A stretch of 64,000 nucleotides of DNA from Polyangia bacterium (GTDB taxonomy: Bacteria; Myxococcota_A; Polyangia; JAAYKL01), in assembly GCA_050287845.1 (NCBI GenBank), contig JBNKCR010000017.1, positions 1 through 64,000 on the forward strand, given 5' to 3'. This document shows positions 49,288 to 59,190 of this stretch, piece by piece. Every line of letters starts with the position of its first letter. Positions within the stretch are counted from its first letter, which is position 1. The position numbers were made by a program, and so were the translations under genes. Under the pieces are notes generated by a model, which did not search any database, had not been told where the DNA came from, and worked only from the letters and a program-made list of their open reading frames with translations.

Positions 49288-50922
49288 ATGAGGAAAAAGA
49301 AATTGTCGGAATGTATTTTATCTTTGCTGTGGCGTCGACCGTGTCGGGTGGCTTCGCTTTTGGCGATCTTTCTTTTTTCCGGATGTTGCCCGGGTTCGAC
49401 CAACCCGGTGGCGGCGAATCCGTCCAATGCCGTGAGTCCGTCCAATGGGGTTTCGATTTCGGCGGAGCATACCGAACCGGGAAGCCACGCGGATACCGTT
49501 GGGACCGGTTCCCACCACTATTATTTTCGCAATATTTCCGAGGTAGACCATTCACCACGGATTACCCTTACCCGACCGGAAGCGGAACGGAACGTGTTGC
49601 TGATTGTTGTGGATGCGTTGAATGCCGGCCATATCGGCGTGTATGGGTATGAACGCAATACCACACCGTACATGGACGCCATTGCAGCAGATGGGATTGT
49701 ACTGACCGACTGGATCAGCAATTCGTCCTGGACGCGGCCGTCATTCACAACAATGGTTACAGGTGTACCCAAGTCAATCCACGGTATGGAATTGTCGGAG
49801 CGAAAGCTATCAAAAAAAATCCAGACACTTCCGAAAAAATTCAAACATGCACAATACGCAACCGCCGGGTTTATCGGTAATCCACTTATTCAGAAAAAGT
49901 GGGGTTACCATAATGGGTTTGATGTATTCCGCGACGCCACGGTCTATGGGGATTTTCCCGATGCCGAAACCATTGTGACCGATGCCATTGAATGGTTGAA
50001 TAAGGTGAAGACCACCCGCTTTTTCGGCGTGCTGTTTCTGGCCGATCCCCACGCTCCATATGCAGCGCCAAAGGCCGCCCGGCGGTTTTCGGCGGATTTA
50101 TCAGACGATATGGCGATGCCGGAACGGGAAACCGAAAAGCCCCTGCCCGAAGATGTGATCGCGAAGATCGTGGCCGCCTACGATGATGAGGTCCGTTACG
50201 CGGATGCGCAGATTGGTCGATTGATGGAGTGGCTGAAAAAAAATGAGTTGTTTGATTCCACGGTGATAGTAGTGACTGCGGACCATGGGGAAATTTTTGG
50301 AGCGCATCAGTGCTACCAGCATGCGTATCATATGTGGGAGCCGGTATTGCGCGTACCGTTCATTGTGCACAGCAGTGATGTGGCCCAGCGGGGTTTTTTT
50401 CAACTGGCGGCCACCCATATGGACCTGATGCCGACGTTGCTGGACCTGGCGGGGATAAAAAACAGGTCTGCATATGGGGTATCGATTTTTTCGGATAGGC
50501 GACTCCAGGAAACGGACGCTGGGTTCACGACTCACAATTTTTCGGATACACGGCCCATTTACAGCGCATACGATGCGCGAGGGGTACGGCGTCAGGCGGC
50601 ACGGCTGGGCACGCTGAAACTGATTCGTTATGAAAAAATAAAAAGCCACGTGTTCACCACCCGGGATGCTACCGGGCAGGCGTTGGAAACGAATCCGTCT
50701 CTCAGGATTCCAGGACCCAGATACGAGTTGTTTGATCTGGAAAAGGATCCCCTGGAACAGGTGAATATCATTGCCACCACCGATCGGGATGCAAAACTTG
50801 AAATTCTGAAAAAAGCGGTTCAGTACCGAAAACCGGCCTGGAAAAAGGCGGGTGAAAAAAAGCGGATTCAGCTGGACAGCGATACACTGGATGCGTTGCG
50901 GGCAGCGGGCTATATCGAATAG
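49288..50922 (+). CDS. second sulfatase-like (alkaline phosphatase superfamily) probable lipoprotein, paralog of 515-2161
   Basis: DALNAGH, SNSSWTRPSFTT.VTGVPKS.H, YDDEV, ADHGE, HAYHMWE, LRAAGYI; FSGC lipobox-like; start approximate. Confidence 0.85.
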   Translation: MRKKKLSECILSLLWRRPCRVASLLAIFLFSGCCPGSTNPVAANPSNAVSPSNGVSISAEHTEPGSHADTVGTGSHHYYFRNISEVDHSPRITLTRPEAERNVLLIVVDALNAGHIGVYGYERNTTPYMDAIAADGIVLTDWISNSSWTRPSFTTMVTGVPKSIHGMELSERKLSKKIQTLPKKFKHAQYATAGFIGNPLIQKKWGYHNGFDVFRDATVYGDFPDAETIVTDAIEWLNKVKTTRFFGVLFLADPHAPYAAPKAARRFSADLSDDMAMPERETEKPLPEDVIAKIVAAYDDEVRYADAQIGRLMEWLKKNELFDSTVIVVTADHGEIFGAHQCYQHAYHMWEPVLRVPFIVHSSDVAQRGFFQLAATHMDLMPTLLDLAGIKNRSAYGVSIFSDRRLQETDAGFTTHNFSDTRPIYSAYDARGVRRQAARLGTLKLIRYEKIKSHVFTTRDATGQALETNPSLRIPGPRYELFDLEKDPLEQVNIIATTDRDAKLEILKKAVQYRKPAWKKAGEKKRIQLDSDTLDALRAAGYIE

Positions 50923-50988
50923 TCAACAGAAGATGCCAACTGAAGCCGTGAAAGAAATATTTGTGGACAGTAGATGGCGGATACCGGA

Positions 50989-52428
50989 CTATTTGCACAG
51001 TTCCCTGGCCAATTGGACAATGGTGGCAATGCCAAATCCTTTGGCGCCTTTTCCGAGGTGATCCAGGGGGTCGGCTTTGCAGCCGGGTCCGGCGATGTCC
51101 ATGTGAATCCAGTTGGTGGCATCTGTGATAAATCGTTTCAGGAAGAGGGCGGCGGTGATGGAACCGCCCCAGGATCCGCCGATATTTTTCATGTCCGCGA
51201 TGGTGGAGCGAAGTTGCTCATCGTATCCGGGATGAAGGGGCATTGGCCAGATATCTTCACCGGCAATCCCGGCGGAACGGGTGAGTTGTTTTATGAATCG
51301 GGTATTGTCGCCATAGACCGCAGCAATGTCTTCGCCCAGAGCCACCACCGCTGCGCCGGTGAGAGTGGCGGAATCGATGAGACAGTCCGGCTGCTGTTCG
51401 CAGGCGATGGTTAATGCGTCAGAAAGAATGATGCGACCTTCTGCATCGGTATTGTGAACTTCAACGGTCTGCCCGCTGCGGGTAGTGATGACGTCTGAAA
51501 CATTGTAGGCTGTCTGGCTGATGGCGTTGTGCGCAAGGGGCAACAGGGTGGTGATGCGAATCGGGAGTTTAAGCGCGGCAATGGCACAGGTCGCGCCAAA
51601 CATCATGGCGGCGCCCCCCATGTCAAATTTCATCTCGGTCATGCTTTTCGATGGCTTGAGGCTGTAGCCGCCAGAATCGAAGGTAACGCCTTTGCCCACC
51701 AGCGCGAGATGTATTTTTGCCCGGGCGGGTGTGTACCTGGCGGTGACCAGCCGGGGTTTGTGTATACTGCCGGATCCCACTGCCAGAATGCCGCCGCATC
51801 TTTCTTTGGTGAGTCGCTTTTCGTCCCAGACCGAAACTTTCAGTCCATAGGATTTGCCGGTCATGGCATACAGACTGGCAAGGGATACGGGATGAATGGC
51901 CACGGGAGGCTCGTTCAGGGTGTCCCGTGCAAAGTTGATGCACTCGGCAACCGTGCGCATTTCGGTGAAGAAAGATTTGGACAAATCGGTGTGCAGCACC
52001 ACTGATAGCGCAGTCTGTTTGTTGGACAGATATTTATCAAAGACATAGCCACCGGTCAGGGCGCCATACCCCACAGCCGAACACAGCTCCGGATATTTCT
52101 CATCGACCGCAACGACCACGCGCCGCAGCCCCATGGACTGACATTGAGACAGGGCCCTGGATACCGCCGAACGCAATTGGCGAAATGGCGGAATATGCGC
52201 TTTGTCAAGGCGGCAGACTGCCACGGCAACCTGGCGTCGCGAATCCGATGTCAATGAAACCAGTTCAAATTTTCCTTTTTTATCGGGAATGGGTATATTG
52301 GCCAGTTCGGCGGGGACCTGGTCCGGACTGTACGCGGGTTTTTTTTTGTTCATCCAGGGCAGCAGAACCAAATCCCCCGGCGCCGATACCAGCGTATGTT
52401 TTCTGGTCAAGAAAGAAGCAGTTGTCAT
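50989..52428 (-). CDS. pepA: leucyl aminopeptidase (M17)
   Basis: VGKGVTFDSGG..LK, MKFDMGG, NTDAEGR, ATLTGA, H.DIAG; GGAGG RBS before ATG 52428. Confidence 0.93.
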   Translation of the reverse strand: MTTASFLTRKHTLVSAPGDLVLLPWMNKKKPAYSPDQVPAELANIPIPDKKGKFELVSLTSDSRRQVAVAVCRLDKAHIPPFRQLRSAVSRALSQCQSMGLRRVVVAVDEKYPELCSAVGYGALTGGYVFDKYLSNKQTALSVVLHTDLSKSFFTEMRTVAECINFARDTLNEPPVAIHPVSLASLYAMTGKSYGLKVSVWDEKRLTKERCGGILAVGSGSIHKPRLVTARYTPARAKIHLALVGKGVTFDSGGYSLKPSKSMTEMKFDMGGAAMMFGATCAIAALKLPIRITTLLPLAHNAISQTAYNVSDVITTRSGQTVEVHNTDAEGRIILSDALTIACEQQPDCLIDSATLTGAAVVALGEDIAAVYGDNTRFIKQLTRSAGIAGEDIWPMPLHPGYDEQLRSTIADMKNIGGSWGGSITAALFLKRFITDATNWIHMDIAGPGCKADPLDHLGKGAKGFGIATIVQLARELCK

Positions 52429-52653
52429 GATTGTTCCTCCAGCACGTTGCCTCCAGCACGTTGAATGATAGTCCGGGTGAGCAAAGCATACACGAAAAAC
52501 GTCGCAGTAAATTTTTTTTTTGGGACCCTTTGCGCGGATATGCGTCTGTACCGGACACAGTGAAGGCAAATTTGTAGAAGACCAAAGAAACTGGTATGTT
52601 GCAGAAATCTTTGAACATCGGCTCACAGGCCAGGTTGGCAGTCAGGAGTAGCC

Positions 52654-55600
52654 ATGAAGAATCGAAATTATCTGTTGGTCATCTGGTGGACACTTTCAGT
52701 GGTGCTGGTTTCGTGTCATCCAAAGCCCAGGGTGAAAACGGATACCGAGACGACGGAAGCGCAGTCGGATTCCACGGAAATTAGAAAATTGCTGTCGTTG
52801 CCCCCCAGAACAGACGGAGATGGTCTCGTCTTTGAAATTCGGGAAGCGTCGGGGCCGTCATTGGACGCCGAAAAACCGAAACAGGTGAAAGGCGAGATCC
52901 TGGACGAAAAAACCGTGGAGAATCTGATGAAACGCACGGGCGTAACATTTACGACCGAAGCCAGAAAAAAAGATACCGTGATGAAACGGGCAGCCACGCC
53001 GCCGCCTCAGAGAACCAGGAAAGTGGAGACTCCCCTGGGCGAAAAAAAATCGGTGCCAGAAGCGGAGGATAATGAAGCGCAGGATAATCGGGAACTGAAG
53101 GTGGTGAGATATGCGCCGGAAGGAAATGTGGCGATGGCGCCTCACGTGAGCATTACATTTTCCAAACCGATGATTCCGGTGTCGGGTATTGCGACGGCGC
53201 AGGAACTGCCGGTCAAAATGACGCCCCTTCCGCAGGGTCGCTGGGAATGGCTGGGCACCGAAACCCTGATTTTCAGACCGAAGACCCGATTGCCCATGGC
53301 TACCGGATATTCGGTGGAAATCCCATCGACGGTGACCTCGCTGGATGGGACCCGAATAAAGGGTTCAAAGAAATTCACATTCCAGACACCGCCACTCCAG
53401 GTTGTCGGCAGCTATCCCACCGGAGACAGTGTGGTGCCCACTTCGCCGCTGGTACTGGCATTCAACCAGTCCATCGATCCTGAGGCGTTGATGCCCTACA
53501 TTGAAGTGACTGGAAACGGTAAGGCCCAGCATGTACGAGTTGCAACGGACGATGAAGTCCGAATGATTTTTGAAAATGAACTCATTCCCTTTGAAAAAGA
53601 CCAGAAAGATCGCCTGCTCATTCTGCTGACAGAAGGGCTTATGAAAGGCGCGACGATTCAGATTCGGGTAAAGAAAAAGGCCCCTTCCGCAGAGGGCCCT
53701 ATCCGTACGGACAAACAACAGACAGTGGCGTTTTCGACATATCGTCCCCTTGCAGCGGAGGCGTGTGGTTGTGGCGGTAAAAACGAATGTCGGCCAGATG
53801 AACAGGTATTTGTGAAATTCAATAATAACCTGGATTTCGATCAGTTCAGCGACGGTGATGTGACGGTGAATCCCCCCATTGAAAACATGATGATCGGACC
53901 CGCCCATGGGGGACTGTACATCATGGGCATGAAAAATGGGAAAACTGAATATCGGGTGCAGTTGTCTGACCGTATTACCGATGTGTTCGGCCAGAAACTG
54001 GATAAAGAAAAAGAATTTACATTTACCACGACCCGGATGAAGCCGGCCCTTGTGGGAGTTGGGCAATCCATGGTGGTCCTGTCCCCCTTTTCAGAAAAGG
54101 AAATTCTTTTTCATGCGGTGAATCACGACGTCCTGAGTGTGATGGTGCATCACATGACCGAGGCAGACCTGAAACCCTGGCTGGACTGGATGAGCGACCG
54201 GCGCCGGGGCAAAGCTGATTTGGCCGATATGCCGGGAAAAAAATTGATCGCAGAAAAAAGGCAACTGACGTCCAATGACAGATGGCAGAAAGTACCGGTA
54301 AATCTGACGCCGTATCTGGAGAATGGTTACGGACAGTTTGCTGTGGTGGTGGCGCCAGTGAACCAACCTAAAAATCACTGGCAGCGGCAGGAAGAAATCG
54401 TGTGGGTGCAGATTACCGATATCGGAATATCAACATACAAAGATGCCACTTCGCTCCACGTGGCCGCTTCTGAACTGAAAAATGGTGCGCCGCTGGCCAA
54501 CGTGAAATTAAAGTTGTTTTCCGAAACGGAAGACGAACGGTCTTCCGTGCAGACAGATAAAGACGGCTATGCGCGAATGGCATTGGATGCCGACCGGTCT
54601 CTTTTTCTGACGGCGAAAAAGGGAAGTGATACGGCCATTCAATTGGCAGGTCATCCCGGCCGATTTGGCTATACGGGATTCGCCTGGACCAGTCAGGAAA
54701 GAAAAAACAGATACACCGCGTATCTGGAAACCGACCGGGGTATGTATAAACCGGGGGAAACGGTGAATGTGAAAGGATGGGTGCGGGAGATTGACGCGAA
54801 CAATGGATATGCCCTGGCACCAACTACCCGACCGGTGCAAAAAATAAAATGGAAGGTGACCGGTCCGAGGGGAATTGAACTTGGACGCGGAACAAAAACC
54901 ACGAGCCAGGTGGGCGGTTTCGATTTTAAATTGAAAATTCCCGGGGATGCCAATACCGGGACCGCCTATATGGAATTGATGAATGAAAAAGGCGGTAGTA
55001 TTGAATCCCGCATCTCTGGAAACGACTATTTTGAAATTCAGGAATTCAGAAAACCGGAATTCGAGGTCACGACAACTGTGAGTGACGGACCTTATATTAT
55101 TGGCGCCACTGCACAGGCAACCCTGATTGCCACATTCTACAGCGGAGAACCCCTTGGGGGAGCAGACGTGCATTGGACGGTGAGTTCGGTCAACAGTTCG
55201 TATTCACCGCCAAATCACGGGGACTTTTCATTTGGAAAATATAATCCATGGTGGGGGTATTGGACGAAGAATATGGGGGGGCGAAAAACAGAAGAAATCA
55301 GGGGGATCACCGGGGGGGACGGCGCCCACCGGGTGAATCTGCATTTCACATCCGCGCCGGACGGACAGCCTTCCCGTATGACTCTCGTGGGGACAGCCAT
55401 GGATATCAATCGGCAACAGTGGTCCGGATCAACGGAATTTGTGGTGCATCCCGCGAGCCGTTATGTGGGGTTGAAGCTGGCGAAGAATTTTGTCGAAAGA
55501 AATGAATCGCTGGAGGTGAGCGCCATTGTAACCGACATAGATGGCCGACTGAGTCGTGGTGAGCAGGTGGTTCTATCACTGATGAAGAACAATACCAGAT

Positions 55601-58600
55601 TCGTCAATGGCAAACGCAAAGATGAAGTGGTTACCGAAGACACCTGCGAATTCACCTCTGAAGCACAGGTACACATTTGCGTGTTCAGACCAGAGGAATC
55701 GGGAAGTTACCAGGTGATTGCCAGAACTGCCGATGACAGAAATCGAAAAGCACAGAGCGATATTCGTTTCTGGGTACGTGGCGATGGAATGAATATCGGG
55801 GAGGTACCCACAGCAGAATCCATCTATATTATTCCCCAAAAAGATACCTTTGCGCCGAACGATAAGGCGACCATGCTGATAAAACTGCCATTTTATCCGG
55901 CGGTGGGATTCATCACCCTGCGCAAGGGAGGCATCCGGTATCGAAAACAGGTTCGCTTTGAAAGTGACTCCGCGATGATTGAAGTGCCATTGACCGAAGC
56001 AGAAATCCCTGAGGTGAACATTCATGTGAATGTTTCGGGGGTAAAGCAGAAAAAGACTTCAGATGGAAAGCAGAAAAATAATGTGGCGTTTGCCAGTGGC
56101 ATGCTGTCTCTCAAGGTATCCGCTGAAGAGAAACGACTCGATGTGGATGTGATTCCGGATAAGCAGAAGCGGGCTCCGGGAGAATCGGCCAATGTTGTTG
56201 TAAATGTGAAAGACTCGGCGGGGCATGGGGTGTCCAATGCGGAACTGGCCATCTGGGCGGTGGATGAAGCGGTACTGGCGCTTTCGGGGTATCAGGTGAA
56301 AGATCCGGTGGATGTTTTTTACACCGCGGCCCCGGATGATGTGGTGGAAAGACACTCCCGGTCCATGGTATTGGATACGTCAAACGCTGGATTGTCGATG
56401 GCGGATGCCCCCGGTGACGGAATTGCGATACAGTCCTTACGGAGGAAAGCGGAATCGATGCCGCGTCCGGCCCCGGCCATGGCGCCGGGTACCGGCGGGG
56501 GTGGGAAGTTGGCAAAAAATGAAGCGGCAGCTACCCCCATTGCCGTGAGAACCAACTTTGATGCCCTGGCGTTTTACGCAGCGCGATTGACCACGGACGA
56601 AGCGGGAATGGTCCGGGTGAATTTCAGGCTGCCGGATTCTCTGACCCGCTATCGCATTGTGGCGGTGGCGGCAGATGGTGCAAACCGTTTTGGCAATGGC
56701 GAAAGCACACAGACAACGCGGTTGCCGCTGATGATACGGCCATCGGCACCCAGATTTCTTCATCTGGGGGATAAATTTGAATTTCCAGTGGTACTTCAGA
56801 ACGCCACCGACGAAGAACAGAAAGTGGATGTGGCGATTGGCGGTACCAACGTGTCTTTTGCCCCGGGATTGTCTGATTTGTCCATGACCACGAAATCCCG
56901 ATTAAAAATGGGCAAGCGGGTGACGGTATCACCGGGACAGCGGGTGGAAGTTCGTTTTCCAGCCCTTGCGCTCCATACCGGAAAATCGCGGTTCGTGGTG
57001 GTGGGCGCATCCGCTGAATACGCTGACAGCAGTGAGTTGGTGCTGCCAGTGTGGACGCCATCAACCGTTGAAGCATTTGCCACCTATGGTACAGTGGATG
57101 ATGGCGACGTGTTGCAAAAAGTGAAGGCGCCTGAAAATATCTGGCCAGCTCAGGGTGGGCTTGAGGTGACTACCTCTTCCACCGGTCTGCAGTCTCTGGC
57201 CGATGCGTTCATTTATCTGACAGAATATCCTTATGAGTGCAGCGAACAGCTGGCGTCGAGACTGATAGCCATTGCCACTCTGAAAGACGTGGTGAAGGCA
57301 TTTCGCAGCGCCGATATCCCGTCGAATGAAAAGCTGAATCAATTGGTGACATCATCCATGTTGAAGCTGGCCCAGCGACAGCAGGAAACGGGAGGTTTCG
57401 GTCTGTGGGATCGCGAAAGCCGCTCTGTCGCATATGTAGACATTCATGTGACCCATGCACTGGCCATAGCAAAGCAGAAAGGGTACACCGTCGATGCGCA
57501 GTTACTGGAGCGCGCCCTCGTTAATCTCAGAAGTATCAACGAAAGATTGGACGGCACCATGTCGGTTGGAGGCCGAAATGCCATTTGGGCTTACGCGCTG
57601 TATGTTCGAAATTTATTGGGAGAGAAGGTGGAGGACGACGCGATTGAATTGTTGGATAGAGGCGATGAAAAATCGCTTTCCATGGAAGCCAGGGGATGGC
57701 TTCTGGAGTGCGTGAAACGGAATGAAAAATATCGCAGCCGCCTGCTGCGGGACGCACAGAACAAGGTGACCGAAACAGCGAAAAACGCGCATTTTATCAC
57801 GGGGTATACCGATGGCGATTATGTGCTGTTGCATTCGGACCGGCGGGCGGATGCCATCTGGCTGGGTGCCTTGCTGAATATCGACCGGGACAATACACTG
57901 ATTCCCAAACTGGCAAGCGGTCTGCTGGACCACCGGAAGAACGGGCGGTGGTTGAGCACCCAGGAGAATGCGTTTGTACTGATAGCCCTCGATACGTATT
58001 TCCAGCAGTATGAAAAGGAAATCCCCAATTTTGTCAGCCGTGTCTGGTTGGGCGACCGGGTGTCAATCCCCCACGGGTTCAAAGGGCGGAGCACCGAAAG
58101 TGCGTTGCTTGACGTGCCGATGAACGAGTTGGGCGGCGAAGAAAATCTGATCATCGAAAAGAACGGTCGCGGCAGAATGTATTATCGGATTGGCATGACC
58201 TATGTGCCGGCTTCTCTCCAACTCGAAGCTGAAAATCGCGGTTTCACGGTGATGCGAAGGTATGCGGGCGTGGATGATGCCGAAGATGTCAGGCAGGATA
58301 AAAGGGGAACGTGGCACGTGAAAGCCGGCGCGCGGGTGAAGGTTGAATTGACCATGGTGGCGCCGGAACGACGATATCATGTGGCCCTTGTGGATGAGCT
58401 GCCGGCGGGTCTGGAACCGGTGAATCCCGCACTGGCGGTGGACCGGAAACGATCGACGGAAAATTCAGGCGGACCGGCAGCGGCAAAGGGCCGGTACTGG
58501 TGGTGGCAGCGGCCCTGGTTTGAGCATCAGAATCTTCGGGATGAACGGGTGGAGGCCTTCACATCGCTCCTGTGGGATGGAGTGTACACTTATAGTTACG

Positions 58601-58713
58601 AAGCTAAAGCCACCACTCCCGGTGAATTCGTGGCCCCGCCTGCCACCGCCCACGAAATGTACTCTCCGGAAACCTTCGGCCGCAGTGGAACTGACCGGAT
58701 GATCATCGACTAG
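52654..58713 (+). CDS. bacterial alpha-2-macroglobulin lipoprotein
   Basis: Lipobox LVSC; Ig-like domains; TDRGMYKPGE, AVDEAVL, LPDSLT.YRI, thioester YPYECSEQ, W.STQEN, EMYSPETFGRS. Confidence 0.95.
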   Translation: MKNRNYLLVIWWTLSVVLVSCHPKPRVKTDTETTEAQSDSTEIRKLLSLPPRTDGDGLVFEIREASGPSLDAEKPKQVKGEILDEKTVENLMKRTGVTFTTEARKKDTVMKRAATPPPQRTRKVETPLGEKKSVPEAEDNEAQDNRELKVVRYAPEGNVAMAPHVSITFSKPMIPVSGIATAQELPVKMTPLPQGRWEWLGTETLIFRPKTRLPMATGYSVEIPSTVTSLDGTRIKGSKKFTFQTPPLQVVGSYPTGDSVVPTSPLVLAFNQSIDPEALMPYIEVTGNGKAQHVRVATDDEVRMIFENELIPFEKDQKDRLLILLTEGLMKGATIQIRVKKKAPSAEGPIRTDKQQTVAFSTYRPLAAEACGCGGKNECRPDEQVFVKFNNNLDFDQFSDGDVTVNPPIENMMIGPAHGGLYIMGMKNGKTEYRVQLSDRITDVFGQKLDKEKEFTFTTTRMKPALVGVGQSMVVLSPFSEKEILFHAVNHDVLSVMVHHMTEADLKPWLDWMSDRRRGKADLADMPGKKLIAEKRQLTSNDRWQKVPVNLTPYLENGYGQFAVVVAPVNQPKNHWQRQEEIVWVQITDIGISTYKDATSLHVAASELKNGAPLANVKLKLFSETEDERSSVQTDKDGYARMALDADRSLFLTAKKGSDTAIQLAGHPGRFGYTGFAWTSQERKNRYTAYLETDRGMYKPGETVNVKGWVREIDANNGYALAPTTRPVQKIKWKVTGPRGIELGRGTKTTSQVGGFDFKLKIPGDANTGTAYMELMNEKGGSIESRISGNDYFEIQEFRKPEFEVTTTVSDGPYIIGATAQATLIATFYSGEPLGGADVHWTVSSVNSSYSPPNHGDFSFGKYNPWWGYWTKNMGGRKTEEIRGITGGDGAHRVNLHFTSAPDGQPSRMTLVGTAMDINRQQWSGSTEFVVHPASRYVGLKLAKNFVERNESLEVSAIVTDIDGRLSRGEQVVLSLMKNNTRFVNGKRKDEVVTEDTCEFTSEAQVHICVFRPEESGSYQVIARTADDRNRKAQSDIRFWVRGDGMNIGEVPTAESIYIIPQKDTFAPNDKATMLIKLPFYPAVGFITLRKGGIRYRKQVRFESDSAMIEVPLTEAEIPEVNIHVNVSGVKQKKTSDGKQKNNVAFASGMLSLKVSAEEKRLDVDVIPDKQKRAPGESANVVVNVKDSAGHGVSNAELAIWAVDEAVLALSGYQVKDPVDVFYTAAPDDVVERHSRSMVLDTSNAGLSMADAPGDGIAIQSLRRKAESMPRPAPAMAPGTGGGGKLAKNEAAATPIAVRTNFDALAFYAARLTTDEAGMVRVNFRLPDSLTRYRIVAVAADGANRFGNGESTQTTRLPLMIRPSAPRFLHLGDKFEFPVVLQNATDEEQKVDVAIGGTNVSFAPGLSDLSMTTKSRLKMGKRVTVSPGQRVEVRFPALALHTGKSRFVVVGASAEYADSSELVLPVWTPSTVEAFATYGTVDDGDVLQKVKAPENIWPAQGGLEVTTSSTGLQSLADAFIYLTEYPYECSEQLASRLIAIATLKDVVKAFRSADIPSNEKLNQLVTSSMLKLAQRQQETGGFGLWDRESRSVAYVDIHVTHALAIAKQKGYTVDAQLLERALVNLRSINERLDGTMSVGGRNAIWAYALYVRNLLGEKVEDDAIELLDRGDEKSLSMEARGWLLECVKRNEKYRSRLLRDAQNKVTETAKNAHFITGYTDGDYVLLHSDRRADAIWLGALLNIDRDNTLIPKLASGLLDHRKNGRWLSTQENAFVLIALDTYFQQYEKEIPNFVSRVWLGDRVSIPHGFKGRSTESALLDVPMNELGGEENLIIEKNGRGRMYYRIGMTYVPASLQLEAENRGFTVMRRYAGVDDAEDVRQDKRGTWHVKAGARVKVELTMVAPERRYHVALVDELPAGLEPVNPALAVDRKRSTENSGGPAAAKGRYWWWQRPWFEHQNLRDERVEAFTSLLWDGVYTYSYEAKATTPGEFVAPPATAHEMYSPETFGRSGTDRMIID

Positions 58714-59056
58714 AGCGGCGATCGGTTGATTTACCTGGGAGACAACTTCCGTTTGTCTTTCATTTCCACCTGCGTTGCCATTGCCGAACAGGTCAATCCG
58801 CGTTGAACCATATGCCTCTACGTCTTCTGATTCCTCAGTTTTTGTTGACGGCTTCGTTTGCGGGCATCTGACCTGGCTTCGAGATTCGTAACCCTTTTTT
58901 TTCATTTGAAGCCGCCTATATGGATTGAAATGATATACAAATACACTGCCGACGGTTAGTATCGGGCATTCATGATTTTATAAGTGAGTATTCGTAACGG
59001 GAGTTTGCGATTAAGGAACCGGCGAAATACGTGCTGTGTGTTGGCATCCGAAAAAG

Positions 59057-59159
59057 CGAGCGTAAAATAAATTCGAAACACGAATTAGCGCGTATAACGC
59101 GTATAGAAGTAAACATAGTACGTATAGAATTGGAAAAAACGAGCGTAAAACGAGCGTAA
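59057..59159 (+). repeat. cluster of short direct repeats upstream of hsdR
   Basis: CGAGCGTAA x3 (59057, 59140, 59151) and CGTATAGAA x2 (59100, 59121). Confidence 0.6.
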
Positions 59160-59190
59160 CCTGGCACCGTTCTTTACACCGGGAGAAGCA

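Noticed and set aside
58465..58905. 146-aa minus-strand ORF next to the R-M locus
   Set aside because: More than half overlaps the A2M 3' end and it has no recognisable domain; a short real gene cannot be fully excluded
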